From NCBI GenBank assembly GCA_963776395.1, contig CAVZML010000006.1, forward strand, positions 197,312 to 261,311: a stretch of DNA of 64,000 nucleotides. The letters run 5' to 3'. The position numbers and the translations under genes were made by a program. This DNA comes from an uncultured Chloroflexia bacterium. Lineage in GTDB: Bacteria > Chloroflexota > Limnocylindria > Limnocylindrales > CSP1-4. Positions 21,354-33,083 of this stretch are shown piece by piece. Position 1 is the stretch's first letter. The number at the start of each line of letters is the position of its first letter. Under the pieces are notes generated by a model. It had not been told where the DNA came from. It saw only the letters and a program-made list of their open reading frames with translations, and ran no database searches.

Positions 21354-21853
21354 TGACAACCCGGGCACGATCCCGGGTCCGCCTGGGGCGCCAGGCGCTG
21401 GTCTTCGGGTCGATCGGCGTGGTGAGCACGGCCGCCTACGCGGTGCTGTTCCTGGCATTTCGGACGGTGGCCGGGGCTGTCGTCGCGAACGCCATCGCGC
21501 TCGTCGTCACCGCAATCGGCAACACTGCCGCGAACCGCCGGTTCACGTTCGGCGTCCGGGACGGCAGGTCGATGGTCAGGGACCAGGTCGGCGGTCTGAT
21601 CGCCCTCGCCGTCGCGCTCGCGATCACCACCACGTTCGCCAACCTGTTGGCTGTGCTCGCCCCCGGTGCCGGACGCTACGTCGAGCTGGCCGTCCTCGTC
21701 GTCGCCAACGCGATCGCCACCGTGGCCCGCTTCCTCCTCCTCCGCGCCTGGATCACACAGGACCGGCGATCCATGCCGCTTCCGCCGGCGTCCGCCCGCT
21801 TCGCGAGCACGGATACGCAAACCCGCCGCATCGGCGTGCGACGCGGCGGGTGA
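21353..21853 (+). CDS. GtrA-like family membrane protein
   Basis: 166 aa with four helices. [16 protein letters not shown] and [10 protein letters not shown] are typical GtrA-family segments. Confidence 0.7.
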   Translation: MTTRARSRVRLGRQALVFGSIGVVSTAAYAVLFLAFRTVAGAVVANAIALVVTAIGNTAANRRFTFGVRDGRSMVRDQVGGLIALAVALAITTTFANLLAVLAPGAGRYVELAVLVVANAIATVARFLLLRAWITQDRRSMPLPPASARFASTDTQTRRIGVRRGG

Positions 21854-21898
21854 GGGTGACGCCTGGGTAGGTCGGGACGCGCCCGGCGCGGGAGCAGC

Positions 21899-23437
21899 CT
21901 ACGCGGCGAACTCGCGCAGCTTGCGGCTCCGCGACGGGTGGCGCAGCTTGCGCAGCGCCTGGACCTCGATCTGGCGGATGCGCTCCCTCGTGAGGCCGAA
22001 CTCGCGGCCGACCTCCTCGAGCGTCCTGGCATGCCCGTCGTCGAGCCCGAAGCGGAGGCGCAGGACGCGCTGCTCGCGACCGTCCAGGCTGGCGAGCACA
22101 TGCTCGATCTGCTCGCGGCGCATGCGGTCCGCCACCACGTCGAGCGGGGACACGGCATCCTCGTCCGGGATCAGCTCGCCGAGCTCGGCGTCGCCCTCGT
22201 CGCCGACCGGCGACTGCAGGGAGACGGGCTCCCGGCCGAGCTTGCGGATCTCCTCGACGCGCTGCGGCGTCATCGCCGGCGTCTCGTCGGGGAGGGCCGC
22301 CGCGATCTCGGCGTTGGTGGGCTCGCGGCCGAGCTGTGTCGACAGCTCGCGCACCACGCGCGCGACGCGACCCATCGTCTCGACCATGTGGACCGGGATC
22401 CGGATCGTCCGGCTCTGGTCCGCGAGGCCGCGCTGGATCGCCTGGCGGATCCACCAGGTGGCGTAGGTGCTGAACTTGAACCCTCGCTCGTACTCGAACT
22501 TGTCGACGGCGCGGATCAGGCCGGCGTTGCCCTCCTGGACGAGGTCCAGCAGGCCCATGCCAGCCTGGTTGATGTACTTGCGGGCGATCGAGACGACCAG
22601 CCGCAGGTTGGCCGAGGTCAGGTGGTCCCGCGACTGCTTGGCCAGGTCCTTGAGAGCCGGGCGCATCTCGTCGATGGCGTCGGCCTCGTTGCCTGCCTCG
22701 AGATACCGGCGGATGGCCGGGTAGGCGATCTCGCCCCGCGCCCAATCGCGCAGCGCGCGCAGCGCGACGTTGCCCCGGATCTCGGCGTTCGGCTTCCCGA
22801 GCTCGCCCTCGATCCAGTCCAGCAGCTCCGTGAAGGTCTCGGCGTCGAGGCGCTCGTTGTACACGGACCGCACGTCCTGGGCACGGACGAGACGCTCCTT
22901 GAGCGCATCGGTCTCGGCCTTCTTGAGCGCGTCGGCAAGCCCCAGTGCGGGCGCGGTGACCAGCAGGTCCATGGCGTCGTCGGACTGGAGCGCAGCGGCG
23001 ACGATGCGGTGCGCCTCCGTCTCGAACGGCACCGTGTACTTGCGGTTCTTCGCCCGGGCGGTGGCCTCCGTATGGTGAAGCGTCCACTCGTGGATGCTCA
23101 GGAGGGCCTTCCAAGGCTCCCCGGCCGCCTGGCCACCGAGCTCCATGCCCTTGGCGAGGATGACCTCCTCCTCCGCGGTCAGGAGCGGCACCCGGCCGAT
23201 CTCCCGCAGGTACAGGCGCACGGAGTCATCCGTGTCCAGGACTTCGGCCGCGACGGGCTCCGGGTCCGGCTCCTCGGGGGCGACGGGGCGGGGGGCAGGC
23301 TCAGGCTCGGGCACCGGAGCCTCGGCGACGAGCGCGGCGGCCTCGAGCTCGGCCGCCACGGGGTCAAGCTCGATGGAGACGGCCGCGAGATCGGTCTCGG
23401 TATCGTTAGCAGAAGGGACAGGGTCGAAGGAAATCAC
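21899..23437 (-). CDS. rpoD: Principal-type RNA polymerase sigma-70 factor
   Basis: Region 1.2 is [11 protein letters not shown]. Region 2 is [10 protein letters not shown]...[29 protein letters not shown]. Region 3 is present, and region 4.2 is [19 protein letters not shown] chose GTG 23437 as the start because a GGAG lies 6 nt upstream; the ORF track begins at 23521. Confidence 0.9.
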   Translation of the reverse strand: MISFDPVPSANDTETDLAAVSIELDPVAAELEAAALVAEAPVPEPEPAPRPVAPEEPDPEPVAAEVLDTDDSVRLYLREIGRVPLLTAEEEVILAKGMELGGQAAGEPWKALLSIHEWTLHHTEATARAKNRKYTVPFETEAHRIVAAALQSDDAMDLLVTAPALGLADALKKAETDALKERLVRAQDVRSVYNERLDAETFTELLDWIEGELGKPNAEIRGNVALRALRDWARGEIAYPAIRRYLEAGNEADAIDEMRPALKDLAKQSRDHLTSANLRLVVSIARKYINQAGMGLLDLVQEGNAGLIRAVDKFEYERGFKFSTYATWWIRQAIQRGLADQSRTIRIPVHMVETMGRVARVVRELSTQLGREPTNAEIAAALPDETPAMTPQRVEEIRKLGREPVSLQSPVGDEGDAELGELIPDEDAVSPLDVVADRMRREQIEHVLASLDGREQRVLRLRFGLDDGHARTLEEVGREFGLTRERIRQIEVQALRKLRHPSRSRKLREFAA

Positions 23438-23551
23438 GATGCTCCAGTTGACGGTGCCGCGCCCAGCCGCGCAGCTCCGTGGAATTCGGACGATCGCCCG
23501 GAGGGACGTCCGGACACGCACACCGGGTCCACGCCACCCGACACACGTAGT

Positions 23552-23571
23552 GGCGTGTCAAATGACACGCC
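23552..23571. promoter_or_regulatory. Perfect 9-2-9 palindrome GGCGTGTCA-AA-TGACACGCC
   Basis: The palindrome lies just downstream of the candidate -10 element. It could be an operator or a leader hairpin of the sigma-factor transcript. Confidence 0.5.
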
Positions 23572-23582
23572 ATTGGCCCAGT

Positions 23583-23611
23583 AGTCTAGGCCATCGGAAA
23601 GCGCTTGACAA
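23583..23611 (-). promoter_or_regulatory. Candidate sigma-70 promoter of the sigma-factor gene
   Basis: On the minus strand the sequence reads TTGTCA, a 17-nt spacer, then TAGACT. The -35 element is at 23606-23611 and the -10 element at 23583-23588, roughly 145 nt upstream of the start codon. Confidence 0.45.
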
Positions 23612-23748
23612 CCCCCTAAGTCAATACTGGCCGGGGGTATTGTCGTGGCCGCACGCGGCCGACCGCTGGGTGTCGCCGTCGCGCTCTGGGACATCCGGGA
23701 TCCGCTGGGCGCCGACTCACCGGCCTGCGACTGAAAGGAGGCTCACCC

Positions 23749-24408
23749 ATGGCCGAGTTCGAGCAGCTGTTCCCGAAGGAGTTCCATGCGTCGCCCGGCG
23801 TCGAGGACTGGCGTGTGCTGTTCTGGGGCGCGCACGTCTTCTACCGGACGTCGTCGTTCGACCAGGCCGCCGAGTTCGTGTCCGCCATCGCCGAAGCGGC
23901 TCGGACAGTGGGCCATGGCCCCGACGTCGACGTACGGCCGGAGGGCGTCACGGTCCGAACCTGCTCACGGCCTGACGGAGCCCTGAGCAGAGCGGACGCC
24001 GACCTCGCAGCGCAGGTCAGCGCGGCCGCGCACCGGATGCGCCTCGAATCCGATCCGACCGCGTTGGTGGTGGTCGGCATCGCCGTCGCCCAGGATGCCG
24101 GCGTGGACACACGCCCGTTCTGGGAGGCCGCGTTCGGATACCAACCAAACGGCGACTCGGACCTGACCGACCCCATCCGGCGCGGCCCGCACCTGATGTT
24201 CCACGAACTCCATGACCCGCGCGCGGGGCGTGGTCGTACGCACATCGATGTGTCGGTCCCTGCAGAGGAGGCCGAGAAGCGTGTGCAGGCAGCCGTCGCG
24301 GCCGGTGGGCGCATCGTCAGGGCATACGAGGATCAGAGAACGTGGATCCTCGCCTCGCCCGACAACCACGGCGTTGACATCGCCGGCTGGGCCGACCTGG
24401 AGGCCTGA
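23749..24408 (+). CDS. Pterin-4a-carbinolamine-dehydratase-like domain fused to a VOC-like domain
   Basis: The N-terminal roughly 95 aa have a PCD-like pattern (W......F.F..F..A..FV..IA..A...GH.PD..V....V.V). The C-terminal part (FWEAAFGY...MFHELHDP...HIDVSV) has a glyoxalase-like fold. Confidence 0.6.
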   Translation: MAEFEQLFPKEFHASPGVEDWRVLFWGAHVFYRTSSFDQAAEFVSAIAEAARTVGHGPDVDVRPEGVTVRTCSRPDGALSRADADLAAQVSAAAHRMRLESDPTALVVVGIAVAQDAGVDTRPFWEAAFGYQPNGDSDLTDPIRRGPHLMFHELHDPRAGRGRTHIDVSVPAEEAEKRVQAAVAAGGRIVRAYEDQRTWILASPDNHGVDIAGWADLEA

Positions 24409-24816
24409 CGATCCGATAGCATCCTGAACCGATCGAGTCGACGCATCGGCGATGGGCGGTCAGGCTCCGGCGCGCGTGCCCGCTGGCTGAGCGACGACGC
24501 GTCGCGAGATCCGTCCGGCGCCGGACGCCCATCGGGATCGACGTCACGGCGGCATGGGGACCACCCGGGTTCATCGCGCCCGAAGCTTCCACGAACGGGC
24601 TCCTCAGCCTTCGCCCGGACCTTCCCGGCAGTGTGATCACCGGGCGCTGGCGAGACAAGGGGCCTGCACATCGTCGCGGCGGGCGGGATTGGCGCCCGTG
24701 AACGTGCATCCACGTCTCGCAGCCCTGTGCCACAATCCGGCCGCCGGCACGGTTCGCCGCGGCCATCCCCGCGGTGCTCCGGTGATCGAGGGGGTCCCGA
24801 TGACGTGGCAGAGGCC

Positions 24817-25644
24817 GTGAACCCGCCCATCCTGGCCGACGCGAGCCTCGACGGCGTTCGGCTTCTTGGCCTCATCAGCGACACCCACGGCTTCCACGCC
24901 CGCGAGGCGGTCGAGTACTTCGTCGATGCGGCTGGGGTCGACGCCCTCCTGGTCGCGGGCGACATGGAGGACTACCGCGGCTACGGCCTGCCGACCGTCT
25001 TCATCCGTGGCAACAACGAGAGCCTGCCGGTCCTGGAAGAGCTCCGCCTCGGCGTCCGGAGACCACCCGGCCTGCGCTACCTCCCCGACGGGGAGCGGCT
25101 CGCGATCGCGGGCCACGAGGTGGCCGCGGTCGGCGGCAAGTGGGGCCCGGCCGGGAGCACGTCAGGGCGCCACATCGACCCGGCCCAGGTCGAGGCGCTC
25201 GTCGCCGGGCCGCGCCCGGACATCGTCGTCAGTCACGAGTCACCGCTCGAGTTCCCGGCCCACGTCGACAACGACCCGCGGCTCGCCGACGCGTGCCGGG
25301 CGATCCGGCCAAGGCTCTGGATCAGCGGTCACCGGCACCGCTACCTGTCCGGCGAGATCGGCGGCACGGCCGTCGTGGGGCTGGGCAACCACCCGCATGG
25401 CTGGGCGACCATCGAGGTCGAGCCTGGCCGGCTCGGCGCTGTGCGGCGGTTCGTGCCAGCCGACCCCGGGTACGCCCGGCGCCTCGACGAGTGGATGGCG
25501 GCCGCGGTCCGCGAGGCGGCCCTGCTCAAGGAGCTCCAGCGCCGCCCAGGCCGAAGGCGCCTCGTGTACGGGGTGATCGAGCCCGACAACGAGCATGCGC
25601 GGCGCTGGTTCGGCGAGGACGGCTCGACGGGGCGGACGTGGTGA
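24817..25644 (+). CDS. Metallophosphoesterase family protein
   Basis: The motifs LISDTHG, VAGDMED, IRGNNE and ISGHRH are present. The start is uncertain: GTG 24817 is chosen here, and the ORF track begins at 24727. Confidence 0.7.
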   Translation: MNPPILADASLDGVRLLGLISDTHGFHAREAVEYFVDAAGVDALLVAGDMEDYRGYGLPTVFIRGNNESLPVLEELRLGVRRPPGLRYLPDGERLAIAGHEVAAVGGKWGPAGSTSGRHIDPAQVEALVAGPRPDIVVSHESPLEFPAHVDNDPRLADACRAIRPRLWISGHRHRYLSGEIGGTAVVGLGNHPHGWATIEVEPGRLGAVRRFVPADPGYARRLDEWMAAAVREAALLKELQRRPGRRRLVYGVIEPDNEHARRWFGEDGSTGRTW

Positions 25645-25675
25645 TGCAGTGCAAACACCCCGTAGGATGGCGGGG

Positions 25676-27743
<2,068 letters not shown>

Positions 27744-27787
27744 GGGCAGGGCGACGCCCGGGGAGATGGGCGACCGGGTGCGGGTCG

Positions 27788-28525
27788 ATGCGATACTCCC
27801 CGGAGTACGCATCTCGCGACGACGAGGAGACCGAGATCGCGCCCGACGACAGGACGGCCCCGCCCGAGACGCCCTTGACCGACGCCGAGATCGGCGAGTC
27901 CCGCTGGCCGATGGCGTTGGCCGTCATCGCCCTGATGGCTGTCGCCCTCATCGCTCCGACCCGCCTCTCCTTGATGCCGGGCTGGCTCCTGGCCGCGGTC
28001 GAAGGTCTCCTCCTCCTGGCGCTCATCCTGGGTGACCCCGGTCGCATCGACCGCACCGGGCCGTGGCAGCGGCGGGTGTCCTTCGCGCTCGTCGCGGTCA
28101 TCCTCGTGAGCACCCTGGCGTCGACCGCGCTGCTCGTCTACGACCTGGTGACGGGATCGCCGCTCACCAACCAGGCCGACCAGGTGCTGCTCGCGGGCGC
28201 GAAGGTCTGGCTCGGCAACAACGTCGCGTTCGCGCTCATGTACTGGACGTTCGACGGCGGCGGGCCTGCCGTGCGAGCACGTGGCCTGCCCTCGCATCCC
28301 GACCTCGCGTTTCCCCAGCAGCTCAACCCGGAGCTGGCGCCCCCGGGCTGGCGTCCCTCGTTCCTCGACTACCTGTACGTCGGGTTCACGACCGCCAACG
28401 CGTTCAGCCCGACGGACACGATGCCGATGGCGCACTGGGCCAAGGTGGCCATGGGCTCGCAGGCCCTCATCTCATTCGTCGTGGTCGGGCTGATCCTTGC
28501 CCGGGCCGTCAACGCCTTCACCTGA
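27788..28525 (+). CDS. DUF1345-type membrane protein
   Basis: 245 aa with several helices. NNVAFALMYWTF and DYLYVGFTTANAFSPTD match my recollection of the DUF1345 family. Confidence 0.65.
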   Translation: MRYSPEYASRDDEETEIAPDDRTAPPETPLTDAEIGESRWPMALAVIALMAVALIAPTRLSLMPGWLLAAVEGLLLLALILGDPGRIDRTGPWQRRVSFALVAVILVSTLASTALLVYDLVTGSPLTNQADQVLLAGAKVWLGNNVAFALMYWTFDGGGPAVRARGLPSHPDLAFPQQLNPELAPPGWRPSFLDYLYVGFTTANAFSPTDTMPMAHWAKVAMGSQALISFVVVGLILARAVNAFT

Positions 28526-28605
28526 CACGCTCTCACGCGACGTCCTTCCCCGGTGGCGGCACGCGGGATGTGGCTGCCGGCCGGGACCTGGTCCCCTCGG
28601 CACGC

Positions 28606-28642
28606 AGAGACGCCCGACCCGGGGGGTAGGTCGGGCGTCTCT
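28606..28642. terminator. Strong hairpin between convergent genes (bidirectional terminator candidate)
   Basis: A perfect 14-bp stem, AGAGACGCCCGACC / GGTCGGGCGTCTCT, encloses a 9-nt loop. A second small hairpin, GTCTCTGTGAGAC, follows it. Confidence 0.6.
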
Positions 28643-28792
28643 GGTCTCTGTGAGACGCAGAAATGGTAGGCGCGTCGGGTCTACCAGAATTGCGCAGGAT
28701 CGGTGCACGCCCGGGGGACTCGGTGCACCCCCGGGACGAGGTCAGCCCCGGGGCCGAGGTCAGCGCCCGAGCCCGGCCAAGCCGTCGAACGG

Positions 28793-30325
28793 TCAGCCCC
28801 TGGGCCGGAGCGAGATCCAGGTCGTCTTCGTCTCGGTGTACTGGTCGTGGGCGTGGACCGACTTGTCGTGGCCGCCGAAGCCCGACAGCTTGTAGCCGCC
28901 GAAGGGCGTCGTCATGTCGCCCTCGGAGTAGGCGTTGACGCCCACGACGCCGGCCTTCAGGTCGCGGGCCACGCGGTGCGCGACGTTGAGGTCGTCGGTG
29001 TACAGCGAGGCCGCCAGCCCGTACGGCGTGTCGTTGGCGAGGGCGACGCGCCTCCGCCTCGGTGTCGAACTCGATCACCGAGAGCACCGGCCCGAAGATC
29101 TCCTCGCGCGCGATCCGTCATGTCGTTGCGGACGTTGTCGAAGATCGTGGGCGGGACGAAGCAGCCGCCGGTCTCCTCCAGGATCCGCTCGCCACCGGTG
29201 ACGACCCGCGCGCCCTCGCGCCTGCCCGACGTCGACGTAGCCGAGGACGGTCTCCATGTGGCCCGCGCGTTGATGAGGGCGCCGATCCGCGTCGCGGGAT
29301 CGAGCGGGTCGCCGACCGGCCAGTTCGCGAGCTCCGCCTGGACCGCCTCGAGCAGCCGGTCCTTGCACGAGCGGTGGACGATCAGCCGCGAGCCGGCCGA
29401 GCAGTTCTCGCCCATGTTCCAGAAGATCGCGATGGCCACGTTGGCGGCCACGCGCCTCGAAGTCGGTCACGTCCGCGAACACGAGCTGCGGGCTCTTGCC
29501 GCCGAGCTCCAGCAGGACGCGCTTGAGGTTCGTCTCGGCGGCGTAGTGCGAGGAACCGCCGGCCGACCTCGGTCGAGCCCGTGAACGCGAGGCAGTCGAT
29601 GTCCGGGTGGCGGCCCGAGCGCCTCGCCGACGACGTCGCCGGGGCCGGTGACGACGTTGAGGACGCCGTCCGGGATGCCGGCCTCGGCTGCCCAGCTCCG
29701 CGATCCGGAGCAGGCTGAGCGAGGTCGTCGAGGCGGGCTTGATGACGACGCGTGTTGCCCGTGGCCAGCGCCGGGCCCAGCTTCCAGGCCGCCATCTGGG
29801 CCGGGTAGTTCCACGGGATGACCGCGCCGACGACGCCCATCGGCTCGCGGGTGATCGTCGCGACCGTGCCCTCGGGCGACGGCGCGACCTGGCCGTAGAG
29901 CTTGTCGGTCGGCCTCCGCGTGCCAGCGGATGCAGGCCGCCGTCTCGGGCATGTCGAGACCGACCGTGTCGGTGATCGGCTTGCCGGCGTCGATCGTCTC
30001 GATGAGCCCGATCTCCCGGCCGTTGGCCTCGATCAGGTCCGCCCAGCGGACGAGGATCCGCTTGCGGTCGCCCGGGCTCATCCGGCGACCAGCGGCCGTC
30101 GTCCGCGGCGCGCCGCGCGGCCGCGACGGCGGCGTCCACGTCCGCCGGCGCCGCCCTGCGCGATCTCGGCGAGGGCCGGCCGGTGGCCGGGTTCTCGGTC
30201 GCGTACCGCGCCGCCACCGACCGCGTCGCGGAACGCGCCGTCGATGAACAGCTGGGTCCGGGGCCGGAGGCCGGTCGATGGCCGCCTTCGACTCGGCGAT
30301 GTCGGGGATCAGTGGTCTCGGTCAT
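28793..30325 (-). pseudogene. Aldehyde dehydrogenase, about 16 frame disruptions
   Basis: ALDH segments are recoverable only by hopping between all three minus frames. They include [91 protein letters not shown] and PYGLAASLYT. ATG 30325 has a GGAGG 7 nt upstream. Confidence 0.85.
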
Positions 30326-30501
30326 CGAGGGCCTCCGGCTGGCGCTGGGGGCGATGGGCGCAAGGGCGCAAGGGTAGGGGAGCGGGCGTCCGGCCGACGA
30401 TCGCGTTCGGAGGCGCGGGACGACGGCGGTGCTCGACGACGACGCGGCGAAGCGTGCGACGACGAGCCGCAGCAGGGGCCGTCGGCGGATCGGGCGGCGG
30501 A

Positions 30502-31183
30502 TCAGGCGGGTGCGACGACCCCCGCCGCGAGCCACTGCTCGCGCCAGACCTCGGCGATCCAGGCGACCTCCTCCTCGGGTAGCTCCGGCACGGTGCCGAA
30601 CGCCCGGGCTCGGAGGTACACCTCGGCCGCGCCCTCGGTGACCGCCGCCGCCTTGTAGGCGTGGTGGAGCGTCGGCCCCGATCGCGAGCAGCCCGTGGTG
30701 GCGCAGGAAGCACGCGCCGCGGTCGGCCAGCGCCTCCACCGTTGCGTCGGCGACCGCCTCGGTGCCGGGCCGCGCATACGGTGCGGTCCGGATCGCACCG
30801 CCGGCCGCGGCCACGAACCCCGTGAGGATGGGCGGCAGCGTCCAGCCGAGGACCGCCATCGTCATCGCGGCCCCGCTGTGGGTGTGGACGATGGCCCCCA
30901 CCTCCGGCCGGCGCCGGTAGATGAGGGTGTGGAGCGGGAACTCGGTCGTCGGCTTCGTGCGGCCCGCGACCAGCTCGCCGTCGATCGTGGCCAGGCACAC
31001 GTCGGCCGGCTCGAGCGTGTCGTAGGGCGCGCCGGAGGGCGTCACGGCGTACAGGCCGGGCTCCCCATCCACGCGCACGCTGATGTTGCCCGCCGTGAAG
31101 TCGACGAGCCTCTCGGCCAGCATGCGGCGGCAGTAGACGACGACCTCCGAGCGAGCGCGCTCCCGACCCGTACCCAGCCTCAT
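30502..31183 (-). pseudogene. Class II aldolase/adducin-family protein, one frameshift near 30680
   Basis: FTAGNISVRV, AVTPSG and HTHSGAAM (the metal-binding His cluster) lie in the long ORF frame. The C-terminus (TLHHAYKAAAVTEGAAEVY...) lies in ORF 30502..30798. Confidence 0.8.
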
Positions 31184-31220
31184 CGTGCGTCGCCTCGGGC
31201 GGGGCGCGCCCACCCCACGC

Positions 31221-32315
31221 CTAGGCTCCGGACGTCTGGGCGACGCGGGACTTCTCGGCGACCCGTGCGAGGAGCGAGGTCCACGACCCGACGAACGAGG
31301 CGGCGCCCTTCTGCTGGAGCTCGAGACCGAGCGCATCGACATCGATTCCGGCGGCGGCAAAGCGAGCCAGCACGGCATCGGCCTCGTCAGCCGCGGCGGG
31401 GATCGGGTCGACGGATGCGAGGCTCTCGGCGCCGGCCGCGAGGAGCGTCTCCTCCGGCATCGTGTTGACCGTGTCCGGCGCGGCCAGGCCGGTGACGTAG
31501 AGCGTCGGCGAGGCCGTCGCGACCTTGGTGCCCGTGCTCGCGAAGAGCAGGCGCTGCGGACGCGCGCCGGCCTCCTTCAGCGTGGCCCACCGGTCCGTGG
31601 CGAAGAACGCCACGGCATCCGCATATGCGCGGCGCCCGATCGCCAGGCCCAATTGGAGCTCCAGCTCCGCCGGGACCTTGCCCTGCGACGGCCCCGTCCC
31701 ATCGGCTCACGAACAGCGACGCCACGGAGGGCACGTAGGACGGCAGCCCGGCGGCGACGCGCCGCTCGATGCCCCGTGTGTACGCCTCGGCGCAGGCAAG
31801 GTACTGGGCGGGCGAGAACAGGAGCGTCACGTTGATCGGGAGGCCCGCGAAGATGGCGTCCTCGATCGCGCCCAGGCCCTCGGGTGTCCCCGGGATCTTG
31901 ATCAGGAGGTTGGGGCGACCGCCCTTTGCCGCAGAGGCGTTTCGCCTCCGCGAGCGTGGTGGCGGCGTCGTAGGCGAGCTCTGGGGAGACCTCCAGGCTG
32001 ACGAAGCCGTCGACGCCGTTCGTGGCGTCGTGGACCGGGCGGAACAGGTCGGCGGCTCGGGTGAGGTCGGCCAGGGCGAGGCCGAAGAAGATCTCCTCGG
32101 CGGGCTCGCCGGCCGCCGCCCCTGACGCGATCTCGGCGTCGTAGTCCCCGCTGCCGCCGATCGCGCGGTCGTAGATCGTCGGGATTGGACGTGAGGCCGG
32201 TCACCCCAAGCTCGTCCTTGTAGCGGGCGAGCGTGCCGCTGTCCAGCAGGGCACGGGTGATGTTGTCGAGCCAGATGCTCTGGCCGAGCTGGCGAAGCGC
32301 GCTGGTCGTGCTCAT
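31221..32315 (-). pseudogene. tal: Transaldolase (actinobacterial long type), three frameshifts (~32180, ~31928, ~31680)
   Basis: [43 protein letters not shown] and SLFVSRWD are spread over three minus frames. Each junction is explained by one extra nucleotide, for example ccc-g-acgatc. Confidence 0.85.
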
Positions 32316-32472
32316 CGGGTCCTCCAAGGGTCGGTCCCGAGTTTACGCGGTCGAGGCCGCTCGGGGCATGGCTCGACCCTGTCACCTGATCCGGGACGGG
32401 TCGAGGTGATCCTGGACGGGTCGAGGGACGGATGAAGCGCCGGTTTGCAGCGGACCCGCTACCGTTCCAGCC

Positions 32473-33083
32473 ATGACGACCGATCCGGATCGCGACGCGC
32501 TGGTGGCTTCCCTCGCCGGCCGGGGCGAGTACGAGCTCTTTCCCTGCGACCCCGCCCTGGCGGACACGGCGGCGTTCTGCGCCGCCTACGGCTTCGATCC
32601 GGCGGACTCCGCCAACACGATCGTCGTCGTCGGCAAGGGCACGCCTCCGCTCTACGCCGCGTGCGTCGTGCTGGCCACGCATCGCCTCGACGTCAATCGT
32701 GCCGTGAAGGGCCGGTTCGGGCGGAAGTCGTCCTTCGCCGCTCCGGACGAGACCCGGGCCATCACGGGGCACGAGATCGGCGGGGTCACGGTGTTCGGGC
32801 TCCCGGCGGGCTCCCGGTCTGGGTGGATGCCGCGGTCATGTCACGCGAGCGCATCGTGCTCGGCGGCGGCAGCCGAAGCTGGAAGGTGATCTGCCCACCG
32901 TCGATCCTCCTCACGCTGCCGGGGGTCGAAGTGGTCGTGGGCCTGGCGAACCCGGCGCTGGCCGCCGTTGCCCCCGATGCGCTCGGTGCGCCTTCCGCCG
33001 GTGCCCCCGGTGCGCCGTTCCGCCGGGGCCCCCGGTGCGCCTGTCGCCAGCCCGGACCCGACTCGCGACGCGGAGCCTCCCGC
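32473..33083 (+). pseudogene. YbaK/aminoacyl-tRNA-deacylase-like protein, frameshift near 32808, 3' end unresolved
   Basis: TIVVVGKG, ITGHEIGGVTVFGLP (frame 1) is followed by LPVWVDAAVMSRERIVLGGGS (frame 0). No stop follows in frame 0 until 34175, so the true end (expected near 32950) cannot be fixed. Confidence 0.65.

Noticed and set aside
28643-28792. A small RNA or gene in the 150-nt stretch after the terminator hairpin, which holds short repeats (cggtgcac.cccggg twice, gaggtcagc.cc twice) and AT-richer words.
   Set aside because: I could assign no fold or coding frame. It is most simply the 3' UTR or spacer between convergent genes.
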